In this document: piece by piece, positions 1-10,949 of the stretch
Layout: each line of letters starts with the position of its first letter
How positions within the stretch are numbered: the stretch's first letter is position 1
DNA from: an uncultured delta proteobacterium
GTDB lineage: Bacteria > Myxococcota_A > Polyangia > Polyangiales > Polyangiaceae
NCBI GenBank assembly: GCA_963716725.1
Contig: CAVQUB010000033.1
Location: 76,665-140,664 of the forward strand
DNA length: 64,000 nucleotides
Direction of reading: 5' to 3'
Translations under genes and position numbers: made by a program
Notes under the pieces: generated by a model
What the model saw: only the letters and a program-made list of their open reading frames with translations
Database searches by the model: none
Told to the model about the DNA's origin: nothing

Positions 1-20
1 TCCTGCCGGGCAGCGGCGAG

Positions 21-689
21 ATGTTCGACGCCATCGCTGATCGCTACGATCTGCTCAACCGGATCATCTCCCTCGGCATCGACCAGCGCTGGCGGGACCA
101 GGCGGTCCGGGCTCTGGAGGTCTCGGGCGCAGCCCGGGTGCTCGACGTAGCGACCGGCACCGGGGATCTGGCCCTGCGCATCGCGCGAGCGCTGCCCGAG
201 GCTGAGGTCGTCGGGGTGGATCCTTCGACACGCATGCTCGAGATCGGTCGCGCGAAAGTCGAGAAGGCGGGCCGAGGTGGGCGCATCACTTTGGAGCAGG
301 GCCGGGTGGAGTCGTTGCCCTTCGCCGACGCCAGCTTCGATGGCGTCACCATCGCCTTCGGGATCCGCAACGCCACGGATCGGGCGGGCGGGCTCCGCGA
401 GATGAGGCGCGTGACCCGGGCGGGCGGCAGGGTGGTGGTGCTCGAGCTCGGAGAGCCGGAGGGCGGGCCCTTCGCGGGCATCGCGCGCTGGCACATCCAC
501 AGCGTCGTGCCCTGGCTGGGCGGCGCGCTCTCCGGGAGGCGCGAGTACGAGTACCTGCAACGATCCATCGCCGCGTTCCCGCCGCGCGCAGAGTTCGCCC
601 GCATGATGTCGGACGCAGGGCTCGAAGACCTGAGCGTCGAGCCGCTCACCTTGGGCGTGGCGACGCTGTTCGTGGGGCGCGTGCCGTGA
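21..689 (+). CDS. menG: Demethylmenaquinone methyltransferase (UbiE/MenG family); true start may lie slightly upstream or outside the window
   Basis: MFDAIADRYDLLNRIISLGIDQRWR N-terminus, SAM-binding VLDVATGTGD, SFDGVTIAFGIRN, YEYLQRSI; first gene of the men cluster. Confidence 0.92.
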   Translation: MFDAIADRYDLLNRIISLGIDQRWRDQAVRALEVSGAARVLDVATGTGDLALRIARALPEAEVVGVDPSTRMLEIGRAKVEKAGRGGRITLEQGRVESLPFADASFDGVTIAFGIRNATDRAGGLREMRRVTRAGGRVVVLELGEPEGGPFAGIARWHIHSVVPWLGGALSGRREYEYLQRSIAAFPPRAEFARMMSDAGLEDLSVEPLTLGVATLFVGRVP

Positions 690-2017
690 GCTTCGAGCGG
701 GCGCTGCGCGCCGCGCGTTCGCGCTCCAGGTCGGGCGCCGACTGGGTTGCGATCACCGGCGAGGTCGAGGTCGAGCCAACGCAGGTCTCGGTAGCGCGTG
801 GCGTCGAGTGGTCTCTCTGGGACACGCGTGATCGCGGCGATCTTCCCAGCGAAGTCTGTCTGGGCGTGGGGGCCGCGGCGGTGGTGGAGAGCTCTGGCCC
901 GTCGCGCTTCGGCCTGGCACGAGCGGAGCTCTCCGAGCTCATGATGCGCATCGACGGCGCCGTCGAGGCTCGGGTGCGCGCGTTCGGCGGTTGCGCCTTC
1001 GAGCCGGGGTCGCTGGGACCATTCCGAGCGTTCGGGGATCTGCGCTTCGTAGTGCCACGCTGGACCTTCTCGCGGGCGGGGTCGCGGACGATGGCCACGC
1101 TCGTGACCGAGCCGAGACAGCTCGCCCTGCCGGACCCTCTGCTCCGGGAACTGGATGGATTGCTGGCTCGCCGGCCTCAGTGGAGCGCGACCGCGACTCG
1201 GGTGAGCGACGACGGGAGAGCTCGCTTCCTCCGGACCGCGCGCGAGGCCGTGGCCAGCGTCGAGGCCCATCGAGTCGACAAGGTCGTGGTGGTGCGCCGG
1301 GTCGTGGTCGAAGGCGCGATCGAGCCGCGCCAGCTGCTGGACGCGCTCGGAGAAGAATCTTCGGTGACCCGCTTTGCACTCTCGACCTCGGAGCATTGTT
1401 TCGTGGGAGCAACCCCCGAGCTGCTCGTCGCCTGGGACGGGCGCCTCGTTCGGAGCGAAGCGGTCGCCGGGACTCTCGCCCGAGGTCGCGATCTGCGCGA
1501 GCTTCGAGAGAGCGCCAAGGATCGACGTGAGCACGCCTACGTGGTTCGGGCCATCCACGCCGCCCTGGAGGGCGCGGGTGCGATTGTCTCGGCGGTCCGT
1601 GAGCCGGAGATCCGCAGCCTGCGCCACGTGCACCACTGGGTGACGCCCATCGACGGGCGGCTCGGCGCCGACGTGCACGTGCTCGATTTGCTGCGGGCGC
1701 TGCACCCAACGCCGGCGGTCCTGGGCGTGCCGGCAGACGCGGCGCGGAGCTTCTTGCGCCAGTTCGAGGGCATTGAGCGCGGTTGGTTCGCCGCGCCCGT
1801 GGGCTTCGTCGACGCGGGCGGCCGCGGGATCTTCATGGTCGCGCTGCGCTCGGCGTTGCTGTCGCCGAGGCGAGCCTGGGTCTTCGCAGGCGCGGGCGTC
1901 GTGCGAGGCTCGGTGGCCGAGGTCGAACTCGCGGAGACCGAGGCAAAGCTGACGACGATGCTCTCCGCGCTCGCCGCTTCGCGTCCGAGCCCGGACCAAG
2001 CACTGGGTGCACTTTGA
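686..2017 (+). CDS. menF: Isochorismate synthase (chorismate-binding enzyme)
   Basis: KVVVVR, FVGATPELL, AVAGT, KDRREH, LHPTPAV, ERGWFAAPVG, VALRSA, FAGAGVV motifs; GTGA overlap with the previous stop. Confidence 0.9.
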   Translation: MSFERALRAARSRSRSGADWVAITGEVEVEPTQVSVARGVEWSLWDTRDRGDLPSEVCLGVGAAAVVESSGPSRFGLARAELSELMMRIDGAVEARVRAFGGCAFEPGSLGPFRAFGDLRFVVPRWTFSRAGSRTMATLVTEPRQLALPDPLLRELDGLLARRPQWSATATRVSDDGRARFLRTAREAVASVEAHRVDKVVVVRRVVVEGAIEPRQLLDALGEESSVTRFALSTSEHCFVGATPELLVAWDGRLVRSEAVAGTLARGRDLRELRESAKDRREHAYVVRAIHAALEGAGAIVSAVREPEIRSLRHVHHWVTPIDGRLGADVHVLDLLRALHPTPAVLGVPADAARSFLRQFEGIERGWFAAPVGFVDAGGRGIFMVALRSALLSPRRAWVFAGAGVVRGSVAEVELAETEAKLTTMLSALAASRPSPDQALGAL

Positions 2018-3738
2018 CCACGTCGCTGGCGACGCGATGGGCGCGCTCCTTCATGAGCGCCCTCTGTAGCGCCGGCGTGACCTCGGTGGTCGCCAGCCCA
2101 GGTTCACGCTCGACAGCCTTGGTCTTGGCGGCGGCGGCGGAGCCTCGCCTCCGGATCGAGATGATCGTGGACGAACGGAGCGCGGCCTTCTTCGCCCTGG
2201 GCCAGGCCCGCGTCAGCGGTCGCCCCAGCGTGCTGGTGTGCACTTCCGGCAGCGCAGCGGCGCACTACTTTCCGGCCATCCTCGAGGCAGAGCGCGCGCT
2301 CTTGCCGCTGATCGCCGTGACCGCGGATCGCCCCTGGGAGCTCGGCATGTTCCACGCGAACCAAGCCTTCGACCAGACCAAGCTCTTCGGGGGGCACGTG
2401 AAGGCCAGCCTCGATTTGGGCGAACCGGACCCAGGGCGACTTCGCTACGTGTCGCGGGTCGCGGCGCTGGCCGTCCAACGGGCGACGTCTTCCGCTCCCG
2501 GTCCGGTGCATGTCAACGCGCGTTTCCGAAAGCCGCTCGAGCCCTCGGAACCCAGCTGGAATGACCTGAGCCCGGAGCCGCCCTGCATCGCGCACGCCGC
2601 GCCGGCATCGTCCTTCATCCCCGAAGCCGTCACGCAGGCGGTGAGAGGTGCCCGGCGCGGACTAGTGGTCATGGGGCCACGGCTCGGATCGTGTTGCCAG
2701 GACGAGCGCCAGCGCCGAGCTGTCGCCCGATTCGTGGTCGAACGGCGATTCTTGCTCGTGGCCGAGGTGACCAGCGGCGTTGCGCATGGGGCGACCTCTG
2801 CGCGACACGTGCTTCCGGCCTTCGACTCTTGGATCGAGCTAGCATGCGACGCGGGGGACGCTCCCGATCTGATCTTCGAGATCGGCAGCCCACCGACTTC
2901 CAGTGCCTGGGAGCGGGTGAGCCCCCGACTTGGCCGCATTGAGCGCATCGTGGTCGGGCAGTCCGGGCTGATCGATCCCACCGGCACGGCGAGCCAGGTG
3001 GTGATGGCCGATCCCGCGGGGTTTTTCGAGCGGCTCGAGACCGGCGGCGGCTGCGACGAGGCCTGGTGCGCGCGCATGACGGCGCTGGCTCAATCCGCCG
3101 AGGGCGCCCTGTCCGAGGCGCTGTCGGGCGCAATGCTGAGCGAGCCCTTCGTCGTGCGCAGCGTCATCGACAGCCTCCCGAGCGGCGCAGCTCTCGTGCT
3201 GGGCAACAGTTCGCCGGTCCGCGACGCCGAGCTGTTTGCGTCCCGATCCGAGCGCGACATCCGCGTATTGCACCAGCGCGGGCTGTCGGGGATCGACGGC
3301 TTGATCGCGGGCGCTGCCGGAGCCAGCACCGAGCTGCCCGCGGGCGTGCCGCTCGTGGCCCTGATCGGTGACGTCAGCGCGCTGCACGACGTCGGCTCGC
3401 TCGCGGTCGCGGCGCGAGTTCGAGCGCCGCTCACGCTCGTCGTGATCGACAACGGCGGCGGTCGGATCTTCTCCGAGCTCCCGGTGGCGGAGGTGATCGC
3501 CGCGACGGAGCTGGAGCGCCTGTTTCTGACGCCTCCGCCGGACTTCTTGCAGCACGCGGCCCGCGCGTTCGGGATCGCGTACGAGCGCATCGAGACCCGC
3601 GCCGCTCTGGCCGAGTCGCTGGCGCTGACTCCGGACGGCGCTCGCCTGCTGCACGTCGTGGTGCCGCCCGATGACGGCCGCCGGCGTCGTCGCACGGCTC
3701 GCGCCGCCGTGGCGCAATTCCACGGAGCGCAGCGGTGA
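2014..3738 (+). CDS. menD: SEPHCHC synthase (ThDP-dependent MenD)
   Basis: [68 protein letters not shown] start overlaps the menF stop (TTGA at 2014-2017), so the longer ORF call from 1783 is over-extended. Confidence 0.93.
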   Translation: MTTSLATRWARSFMSALCSAGVTSVVASPGSRSTALVLAAAAEPRLRIEMIVDERSAAFFALGQARVSGRPSVLVCTSGSAAAHYFPAILEAERALLPLIAVTADRPWELGMFHANQAFDQTKLFGGHVKASLDLGEPDPGRLRYVSRVAALAVQRATSSAPGPVHVNARFRKPLEPSEPSWNDLSPEPPCIAHAAPASSFIPEAVTQAVRGARRGLVVMGPRLGSCCQDERQRRAVARFVVERRFLLVAEVTSGVAHGATSARHVLPAFDSWIELACDAGDAPDLIFEIGSPPTSSAWERVSPRLGRIERIVVGQSGLIDPTGTASQVVMADPAGFFERLETGGGCDEAWCARMTALAQSAEGALSEALSGAMLSEPFVVRSVIDSLPSGAALVLGNSSPVRDAELFASRSERDIRVLHQRGLSGIDGLIAGAAGASTELPAGVPLVALIGDVSALHDVGSLAVAARVRAPLTLVVIDNGGGRIFSELPVAEVIAATELERLFLTPPPDFLQHAARAFGIAYERIETRAALAESLALTPDGARLLHVVVPPDDGRRRRRTARAAVAQFHGAQR

Positions 3739-4529
3739 AGCCAAACTCGATGCTTCGGCAGGCGCGAGACGCCGCGGCCCCGCCGCTGGTGCTCTTGCAC
3801 GGCTTCATGGGAGCGCCCGCGTCGTGGTCGAGCGTGGTCGAGGCGTTGACGCACGCGGGCGCCGTGCATGCGCCTCTGCTCGCGGGTCACGGCTGCCCGC
3901 CTCGGGCCTTGCCTCGCGCTTTCTGGGACGTCGTGGACCAGTTGGCCGCGGAGCTGCCCGCGCAGTTCCACCTGGTCGGCTACTCGCTCGGTGGGCGACT
4001 CGCCCTGGGCCTCGCATGCCGCCATCCAACGCGCTGTCTGGGTCTGGTTGCCGTCGGCGCTCACCCCGGGATGGCAGTGCCCGAGCGAGCCGCCCGGGTG
4101 CGCTGGGAAGACGAGCGAGCGCTCGCGCTCGAGACCCAGGGACTGCCGGCTTTCGTCGACGGGTGGGAGGCGTTGCCCCTGTTTGCTTCTCAGGCCGCCT
4201 TGCCCACGGCGACGCGCCGGGCGCAGCGGCGCATTCGCGAGGCCCACGACGCCGGCGCGCTGGCGCAGGTGCTGCGCGTGCTCGGCACCGGCCGCATGCC
4301 AGAGCTCGAGCTCGAAGAGTGCCGTGCGCCGATAGTCTTGGTCAGCGGAGAATACGACCCGAGCGATGCCGCGGCCGCGGCGGTGGCGCGAATGCCGCGC
4401 GCCCGGCACGTCACGCTGCCGGGCGTCGGCCACAACCCCCTGATCGAAGCGCCGGAACGTCTGGCGCGGCTCATCGACGAAAGCTGCGGAGTCGGCTCCG
4501 AAGCTCGAACATTGGAGAATCACGCATGA
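3735..4529 (+). CDS. menH: SHCHC synthase (alpha/beta hydrolase)
   Basis: [19 protein letters not shown] nucleophile elbow, [17 protein letters not shown]; position between menD and menB. Confidence 0.88.
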   Translation: MKPNSMLRQARDAAAPPLVLLHGFMGAPASWSSVVEALTHAGAVHAPLLAGHGCPPRALPRAFWDVVDQLAAELPAQFHLVGYSLGGRLALGLACRHPTRCLGLVAVGAHPGMAVPERAARVRWEDERALALETQGLPAFVDGWEALPLFASQAALPTATRRAQRRIREAHDAGALAQVLRVLGTGRMPELELEECRAPIVLVSGEYDPSDAAAAAVARMPRARHVTLPGVGHNPLIEAPERLARLIDESCGVGSEARTLENHA

Positions 4530-5347
4530 CACTACCGAATTGGCAGAGGGCCGCCGGCTTCGAAGACGTGGTCTACGAGACCGCCGAAGGCATGGCAAAG
4601 ATCAGCATCAACCGTCCGGAGGTGCACAACGCCTTCCGCCCCCAGACCATCAAAGAGCTGATGCGCGCCTTCGAGGCGGCTCGCGAAGATCCCGAGGTCG
4701 GGGTGGTGATCTTGACGGGAGTCGGCGACCGGGCGTTTTGTTCCGGTGGCGATCAGCGCGTTCGCGGCGACGCCGGCTACGTCGGCGCCGACGGCGTGCC
4801 GCGGCTCAACGTGCTGGATCTCCAGCGGCAGATCCGCACCTTGCCCAAGCCCGTCGTGGCAATGGTGGCCGGCTTCGCCATCGGGGGCGGTCACGTGCTG
4901 CACGTCGTCTGCGATCTGACCATCGCCGCGGACAACGCGCGTTTCGGTCAGACGGGTCCCAAGGTCGGGAGCTTCGATGGCGGCTACGGCGCGTCGTATC
5001 TGGCTCGGATCGTGGGCCAAAAGAAGGCACGCGAGATCTGGTTCCTGTGCCGTCAATACGACGCCCAGGCGGCACTGAGCATGGGACTGGTCAACGCGGT
5101 CGTTCCCCTCGAGCGACTCGAAGAAGAGACCGTGAGCTGGTGTCGTGAGATGTTGGAGCTCAGCCCGCTGGCGCTGCGTTGCCTCAAGGCTTCGCTGAAC
5201 GCCGACTGCGATGGTCAAGCGGGCCTTCAAGAGCTGGCAGGCAACGCCACGCTGCTCTTCTACATGACCGCCGAAGGGCAAGAAGGGAAGAACGCCTTCC
5301 TCGAGCGTCGCAAGCCCGAGTTTGGGAAGTTCGGACGCCTGCCGTGA
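4526..5347 (+). CDS. menB: 1,4-dihydroxy-2-naphthoyl-CoA synthase
   Basis: [60 protein letters not shown] at 4526 overlaps the menH stop and has an upstream GGAG. Confidence 0.97.
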   Translation: MTLPNWQRAAGFEDVVYETAEGMAKISINRPEVHNAFRPQTIKELMRAFEAAREDPEVGVVILTGVGDRAFCSGGDQRVRGDAGYVGADGVPRLNVLDLQRQIRTLPKPVVAMVAGFAIGGGHVLHVVCDLTIAADNARFGQTGPKVGSFDGGYGASYLARIVGQKKAREIWFLCRQYDAQAALSMGLVNAVVPLERLEEETVSWCREMLELSPLALRCLKASLNADCDGQAGLQELAGNATLLFYMTAEGQEGKNAFLERRKPEFGKFGRLP

Positions 5348-6273
5348 ATCCTGGGGAGCAGGCGGAGAGCTTCGCGGGCCCGGCGCTGCCCGAACCGGGC
5401 AGCATGGGCGCTTGGCTCATGGCGGCGCGGCCCCAGACGCTGCCCGTGGCGGTGGCGCCGGTGTGCGTCGGTATTGCCTTGGCGAGTGCGGCGGGCCGTG
5501 TGCGCCTTGGACCCGCGCTGGCGGCGCTCTTGGGCGCTCTGTTGATTCAGATCGGGACCAACTTTGCCAATGACGTGTTCGACCACGAGAAGGGCGCGGA
5601 CAGCCACGACCGTCTCGGCCCGGCCCGGGCGGCGGAGCGTGGGCTCTTGTCGGCGCGGGCACTCAAGCAGGCGATGGCGCTGGCCTTTGCCTGCGCGGTT
5701 CTGGTCGGTGTCTACCTGACCCAGATCGGCGGGTTGCCCATCGTGGTCATCGGACTCGCGTCCATTCTCAGCGGCGTCGTCTACACGGGGGGGCCCTTTC
5801 CGCTGGGCTACCACGGTCTGGGTGATCTGTTCGTGCTGGTCTTCTTCGGCTTCGTCGCGGTCTGCGGCACGACCTGGGTGACGGCGGGCATGCTGCCGCC
5901 GGCCGCCTGGGTCGCCAGCATCTCGGTCGGCGCGCTGGCGACCGCGGTGCTGGTCGTCAACAACGCGCGGGACGTCGTGACTGACCGTCGCGCGGGCAAG
6001 CACACCCTGGTGGTGCATTTCGGCCGGCGTTTTGCCAGCTTCGAATACGCGCTGCTGGTGGCCTCGGCCTACCTCGCGCCGCTGGCGATGGTCGGGCTCG
6101 GGCTCGCGCACCCCAGCGTGCTGCTCAGCTGGCTGAGCCTGCCTTGGGCCATCTGGCTGTGCCGCGCGTTCGCCAAGCGTCACGGTCGAGAACTGGGCCC
6201 GCTGCTGCCCGCCACGGCTCGGCTGCTGTTGGCTCACAGCGCGCTGTTCGCGCTGGGCATCGCTCTCCGATGA
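5344..6273 (+). CDS. menA: DHNA polyprenyltransferase (UbiA family)
   Basis: [48 protein letters not shown], multiple transmembrane segments; GTGA overlap with menB. Confidence 0.93.
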   Translation: MNPGEQAESFAGPALPEPGSMGAWLMAARPQTLPVAVAPVCVGIALASAAGRVRLGPALAALLGALLIQIGTNFANDVFDHEKGADSHDRLGPARAAERGLLSARALKQAMALAFACAVLVGVYLTQIGGLPIVVIGLASILSGVVYTGGPFPLGYHGLGDLFVLVFFGFVAVCGTTWVTAGMLPPAAWVASISVGALATAVLVVNNARDVVTDRRAGKHTLVVHFGRRFASFEYALLVASAYLAPLAMVGLGLAHPSVLLSWLSLPWAIWLCRAFAKRHGRELGPLLPATARLLLAHSALFALGIALR

Positions 6274-7331
6274 GCCGAAGCTTCTCTTGGCACGTCGAGG
6301 CCTGGGGCGGCGCGACGACCGGAGTCGCCAGCGCTCGCCGCGCCTTTGATCGTCGCGACGGGCTGCTGGTGGGTCTTCGCGATGCCGACGGAGCGCTCAG
6401 CTTCGGCGAGGCCACACCGCTGCCGGGCTTCGGTCACGACCAGCTGGAGGACGCACGTCGCGAGTTGGAGCCGGGTCGACTGCCGGCGCCGGTCGACGAC
6501 GTGGCGGGCGTGCAGGCGGCGATATCGAGCTTCCGATCTGCCAGCGCGCGCTTTGCCGTCGAGGTCGCGCTGCTCGGGCGCTTGGCCCGGCTCCGCGGGC
6601 TCTCACTCTCGGAGCTGCTCGGCGCCACCGCGACCACGGCCTCGCGCAGCGTGCTGGTCGGCTCGCTGGCGGACGACGAATTCATCGAGGCCTCGCGCAC
6701 CGCGGCACGCCGGGGCGCCCGAGCCGTCAAGCTCAAGGCGACGGGCAACGATCTCGCGGAAGAGGCGCGGCGCCTCACAGAGCTCGGCCGAGCCCTCGGT
6801 CCCGAGGTCGCCCTGCGCCTGGATCTCAACGGCGCCCTCGACGTCTCCGGGGCGCGCGTCGCCCTTGGCGTGTACGCCCGCGCCAAGGTCGAGCTCTGCG
6901 AAGAGCCCTGCGCTGGCGAGGCGCTGTTGTCGCTCGAAGACTGCGCGATTCCGTGGTTCGCGGACGAGTCGGCGCACTCCGATGAGTTGTTTGGGCGATT
7001 CGTCGCGCATCCGAGCTGCTCCGGCGTCGTGCTGAAGCCCACGGTCGTCGGCGGACTCGGTCGATCGCTGGTCCGAGCCCGAGACCTGCGCCGGGCCGGC
7101 AAGGACGCGCTGGTGACGCACGCCTTCGAGGGACCGGTGGCCCTCGCCGCCGTCGCGGAGCTCGCGCTGGCCGTTGGAGGAAGCCGCGCGCATGGCGTCG
7201 ATCGACACGCTGCGCTCGGCGCCTTCCCCCATGCCGAGCTGCCGCAGCTCCCGCACCAGGGACGCCCCCTGTCCGTGATCCGTGCGCAGGCCCCGAGCAT
7301 GGTCGAGTGGGAGGGCTCCTGGACGCACTGA
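6270..7331 (+). CDS. menC: o-succinylbenzoate synthase (enolase superfamily)
   Basis: GEATPLPGF, KLK, LRLDLNG, EEP, ADES, VVLKPTVVGG; ATGA overlap with menA. Confidence 0.85.
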   Translation: MSRSFSWHVEAWGGATTGVASARRAFDRRDGLLVGLRDADGALSFGEATPLPGFGHDQLEDARRELEPGRLPAPVDDVAGVQAAISSFRSASARFAVEVALLGRLARLRGLSLSELLGATATTASRSVLVGSLADDEFIEASRTAARRGARAVKLKATGNDLAEEARRLTELGRALGPEVALRLDLNGALDVSGARVALGVYARAKVELCEEPCAGEALLSLEDCAIPWFADESAHSDELFGRFVAHPSCSGVVLKPTVVGGLGRSLVRARDLRRAGKDALVTHAFEGPVALAAVAELALAVGGSRAHGVDRHAALGAFPHAELPQLPHQGRPLSVIRAQAPSMVEWEGSWTH

Positions 7332-8704
7332 GACTCCGGGAGGGTTCCCACTTCTCCCTGATCATCGGCGCGAGGGTTCTCGGCGGCGCGACGCTGATCG
7401 AGGCAGCGAGGCGCGTGCAGGGCGTGCTCGCTCGGCTCGGAGTCGAACCCCGGACGGTGATCGCCTTCGTGGCTCGGCTCGACGAACCGACGCTGCTGCT
7501 CACGGTCGCGGCGTTGGACGCCGGGATTTCGTTCTTGCCTCTGCACCCCCGGGCCTCGGCCTCGGAGCACGAGCACCTGATCCGCGCGGCTTCAGCGGTG
7601 GTGGTGGAGCCAACGGAGCTCGACCTCGGGCACCTGGTCGACCCCGGATGGCTCGCGCGGATGGCGGACGCTGCGCGGCAGCCCAGAGCAACGGCGGCGC
7701 TGGTCGCCACCTCGGGCACCTCCGGCGAGCCAAAGCTGGCGGTGCTGAGCCGCAAAGCATTCGTCGTGAGCGCCCACGCGAGCACGGCTCACCTAAGACT
7801 GCGCTCCGACGATCGCTGGCTCATGGGTCTGCCCTTTGCGCACGTTGGCGGGCTGTCCATCTTGACCCGAGGCCTCGTCGCCGGGCGCAGCGTCGTCGTT
7901 CACCGGGGGTTCGAGCCCGAAGCCGTCCTCGACTCGCTCGCGCGGCACGATGTCACGCTGATTTCGGTCGTCCCGTCCATGCTCGAGCCACTCCTCTCGG
8001 TCGACACCCGCGGCCTGCTCTCACGCCTCAGGGTGCTGCTCGTGGGCGGCGCTCACTGCGCGCGAGAGCTCCGACGGGAGGCCACCGCTCGGTGCCTCCC
8101 GCTGATCACCACCTACGGGTTGACCGAAGCCTGCTCGCAGGTGACCGCTCAGCGCCCGGGCAGCGCCCACGATCCTGACGGTCTCGACTCTGGTCACCCG
8201 TTGCCGGGGGTCGAGGTGCGCGTGGTCGACGGAGTCATCCAGGTCCGAACTCCGGCGTTGATGAGCGGGTATCACGGTGACGCTCCGCGCTCATGTGACG
8301 AGTTCTTCACCACCGGGGACTGCGGGGAAATTGACGCTTCAGGACGCTTGATCGTCTCGGGGCGATCCGATGACGTGGTCATCACCGGCGGCGAGAACGT
8401 GCACCCCGAGGCGGTCGAGCGGGTGCTCCGGGCCCAGCCCGGTGTGCGCGACGCGATCGTGTTCGGGGTGCCGCATCTGCGCCTGGGCCAGCAGGTGGCG
8501 GCGCTGCTGGTCCCCGAGCCGGGTCACCCCCCGCTCGCGGTGATGGAGCGGGCGCGCCGGGGAGCGGCCGCGGCGCTGGCGGGCTTTGCGCTTCCCCGGG
8601 CCGTCGCCTGCGTCGGCGCGGTGCCGCTGAACGCTCTTGGAAAACCCGACCGACGTCGCGCTCGGGAGGAGCACGCCTCGGCGCTCGAGCCCTGGGAGCA
8701 ATGA
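7307..8704 (+). CDS. menE: o-succinylbenzoate-CoA ligase (AMP-binding)
   Basis: TSGTSGEPK, PFAHVGGL, TYGLTEACSQ, TGD, GRSDDVVITGGENVHPE, GKPDR. Confidence 0.88.
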   Translation: MGGLLDALRLREGSHFSLIIGARVLGGATLIEAARRVQGVLARLGVEPRTVIAFVARLDEPTLLLTVAALDAGISFLPLHPRASASEHEHLIRAASAVVVEPTELDLGHLVDPGWLARMADAARQPRATAALVATSGTSGEPKLAVLSRKAFVVSAHASTAHLRLRSDDRWLMGLPFAHVGGLSILTRGLVAGRSVVVHRGFEPEAVLDSLARHDVTLISVVPSMLEPLLSVDTRGLLSRLRVLLVGGAHCARELRREATARCLPLITTYGLTEACSQVTAQRPGSAHDPDGLDSGHPLPGVEVRVVDGVIQVRTPALMSGYHGDAPRSCDEFFTTGDCGEIDASGRLIVSGRSDDVVITGGENVHPEAVERVLRAQPGVRDAIVFGVPHLRLGQQVAALLVPEPGHPPLAVMERARRGAAAALAGFALPRAVACVGAVPLNALGKPDRRRAREEHASALEPWEQ

Positions 8705-8706
8705 GC

Positions 8707-10908
8707 TCACTCGCGCAGTGACTGGACCTCGGCGTCCGTGCGCCGCAGGCGCCGGGCCAAGGCCCGGGCGAGACGGGCAAAGACCGTGGCGCCCACCACG
8801 GGATGGGCGCGGGACAGCTGGTTGACGCGCTCGCGGGACAGCACGAAGACGTCCGTGCGCTTCAGCGCCACGGCGTCGGCGGAGCGCGGTTCCCGGTCGA
8901 GAAACGCCATGTCTCCGAAGAAGTCACCGCGACCGAAGGACGCGACGTGCAGCGTCTTGCCCCCGGCCAGAGGCAAGAGAATGCGGACGGTGCCTCGGCG
9001 GATCACGAACAATTCGTCGCCGTGGTCACCGATGGAGAAGACCTTCTCGCCGGCCTCGTAGGACTTTTCTTCCAAGCAGGCAGCGACCTCGTCCAGGGCG
9101 CCGTCCTGCTCGATGTCGCGAAAGAGCTGGATCTGATCCAGCGTCAGCACGGCGGTGCGCGGCGGACGATTCGGCAGCGCCTGCTCCAGCACCTGATCTT
9201 CGACCCACTCCAGTGCTGCGTCCAGATCGTCGAAGGTCTCGATGCCTCCGCTGTCTTTCCCGATGTCCAGAGCCGCGAAGTAGGTCCGGACGTCCTGGCC
9301 CGTGGGGAGATTCACCGGGATGCCGCTCAGCACCAGACGACCCCCGTGCTCCTCGAGTCGCTGGTCCATTTGATCGAGCAGGCGCGCCGCTGTGTAGTCG
9401 ACCCCTTGCAGACGGTGCAGGTCCAAGACGACGAAATCCTGAGTCTCGAGATCCTTGGCCAACTCGGTGAAGAGGCGGTCCGTGGTGCCGAAGAAGAGAC
9501 TGCCCTGTAGCTCGCAGACCGTGGTGCGTGCACCGCGCTCGGCGAGCACGGCGGTCTCTTCGTCGACGCGGCGCTGCTTGGAGAAGATGCGGTCGCCATG
9601 GGTCTTGCGCCGCACGACCGAGGCGGCCATCTGCTCCCGCGCAAAGAGCAGCACCGCCAGCCCGAAGCCTGCGGCCGACGCCTGGACCAAGCCGACCGCC
9701 ACGGCGACGATCACCACCGCCGAGATGACGGCGAAGTCGAGCAAGGTCGAGCGGTTCTTGAGCAGCCCGAAGACCTTGCGATCGACCATGCGCACCGCGA
9801 TCACCAGCAGGATGCCGGACAGCGCGGCGACCGGGATCCAGGCCACGACGCGGGCCAGCGCGAGGAAGGCGATCAAACAAAAGATGCCCTCGAAGGTGCC
9901 GGAGAGACGTGTGCGCGCGCCGCTGGTGACGTTGATCAGCGTCGGTCCCATGGTCCCCGCCCCAGGCACGCCTCCGAAGATCGCGGTGACGGTGTTGCCG
10001 ATGCCCTGGGCGCGCAGTTCTCGATTGGAGTCGCTGCGTGAGCGCGTGAGCGCGTCCACGATCACCCCGGTCTTCAGCGTGTCGATGGAGAGCAACGCGG
10101 ACAGCGTGAGCGCCGGGACCACCAGGCCTCCCAGATCTGCCAGGCGGAAGCCGGCCAATGCGGCACCGCGCTCCTGAAGCCCTGACAGGACGCCGCCCAG
10201 CGAAGCGTTCAGGCTGCCCACGACCAGCGGGTTGCCAGTCAGCGTCCGCAACGACGGATCGATGGCGGCGAGCCCGGCGTAGGCCGCGCCTCCGCTGAAC
10301 AGGCCGATGATCGCGGCGGGCACGGCTTTGGTGATGCGGGGCGCCAGCACCACGCCAGCCACGGTGATGAGACCGACCACGATCGACGGCACGCGCCAAC
10401 CTTCCGGCGCGCTCAGCGCGGTGAGAAGTCGTGTCCCCGAGGCCACCCCGAGCAGCCCGGGGAGTTGCTTCACGAAGATCAACACCGCGACGCCGCTCAT
10501 GAAGCCCGAGACGACGGGGTAGGGGATGTACTTTATCACCTTGCCGCCGCCGAGCAGTCCATAGGCGATCTGGAGCAACCCCGAGAGCAACGCGACCGAC
10601 GTCATCAGCAAGAGCGCCGCTGCAGGATCGCGATCCCGAACGAGCTCTCCAGCGAGCGCGCCCATCACCGCTGCGGCAGGAGCGCAGGGAGCGGAGATCA
10701 ACCGCTGGGTTCCACCGAGCAGGGGGTTTACCACGCCCAAAAGCACCGCTCCGAGCATGCCGGCGACCGCGCCCAGCGCCGCGTTCGATCCGCCGAGAGG
10801 CGCGTAGATCGCAACCCCAAAGGCGATGGAGGACGGCAAGGCAACCAGCGCGGCGGCCAAGCCGCCCCAGGCGTCGGCGCCGAGGTCACCCGAGCGAGAG
10901 GTCGTCAC
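8707..10908 (-). CDS. SulP/SLC26 anion transporter with STAS and C-terminal cyclic-nucleotide-binding domains
   Basis: GGLAAALVALP, KYIPYPVVSGF, NRELRAQGIGN, STAS motif LQGSLFFG, cNMP motif GDFFGDMAFLDREPRSADAVA. Confidence 0.9.
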   Translation of the reverse strand: MTTSRSGDLGADAWGGLAAALVALPSSIAFGVAIYAPLGGSNAALGAVAGMLGAVLLGVVNPLLGGTQRLISAPCAPAAAVMGALAGELVRDRDPAAALLLMTSVALLSGLLQIAYGLLGGGKVIKYIPYPVVSGFMSGVAVLIFVKQLPGLLGVASGTRLLTALSAPEGWRVPSIVVGLITVAGVVLAPRITKAVPAAIIGLFSGGAAYAGLAAIDPSLRTLTGNPLVVGSLNASLGGVLSGLQERGAALAGFRLADLGGLVVPALTLSALLSIDTLKTGVIVDALTRSRSDSNRELRAQGIGNTVTAIFGGVPGAGTMGPTLINVTSGARTRLSGTFEGIFCLIAFLALARVVAWIPVAALSGILLVIAVRMVDRKVFGLLKNRSTLLDFAVISAVVIVAVAVGLVQASAAGFGLAVLLFAREQMAASVVRRKTHGDRIFSKQRRVDEETAVLAERGARTTVCELQGSLFFGTTDRLFTELAKDLETQDFVVLDLHRLQGVDYTAARLLDQMDQRLEEHGGRLVLSGIPVNLPTGQDVRTYFAALDIGKDSGGIETFDDLDAALEWVEDQVLEQALPNRPPRTAVLTLDQIQLFRDIEQDGALDEVAACLEEKSYEAGEKVFSIGDHGDELFVIRRGTVRILLPLAGGKTLHVASFGRGDFFGDMAFLDREPRSADAVALKRTDVFVLSRERVNQLSRAHPVVGATVFARLARALARRLRRTDAEVQSLRE

Positions 10909-10949
10909 CGCGCGGTTCTGCCTCTGCCGAAGTCTTCGGTCAATCCGGA

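Noticed and set aside
44..1999. Long antisense or alternative-frame ORFs (e.g. 44..1999 -, 36953..39232 -, 39583..41961 +, 48566..50041 +)
   Set aside because: Shadow ORFs expected at high GC; Arg/Ala/Pro-rich, motif-free and overlapping well-supported genes
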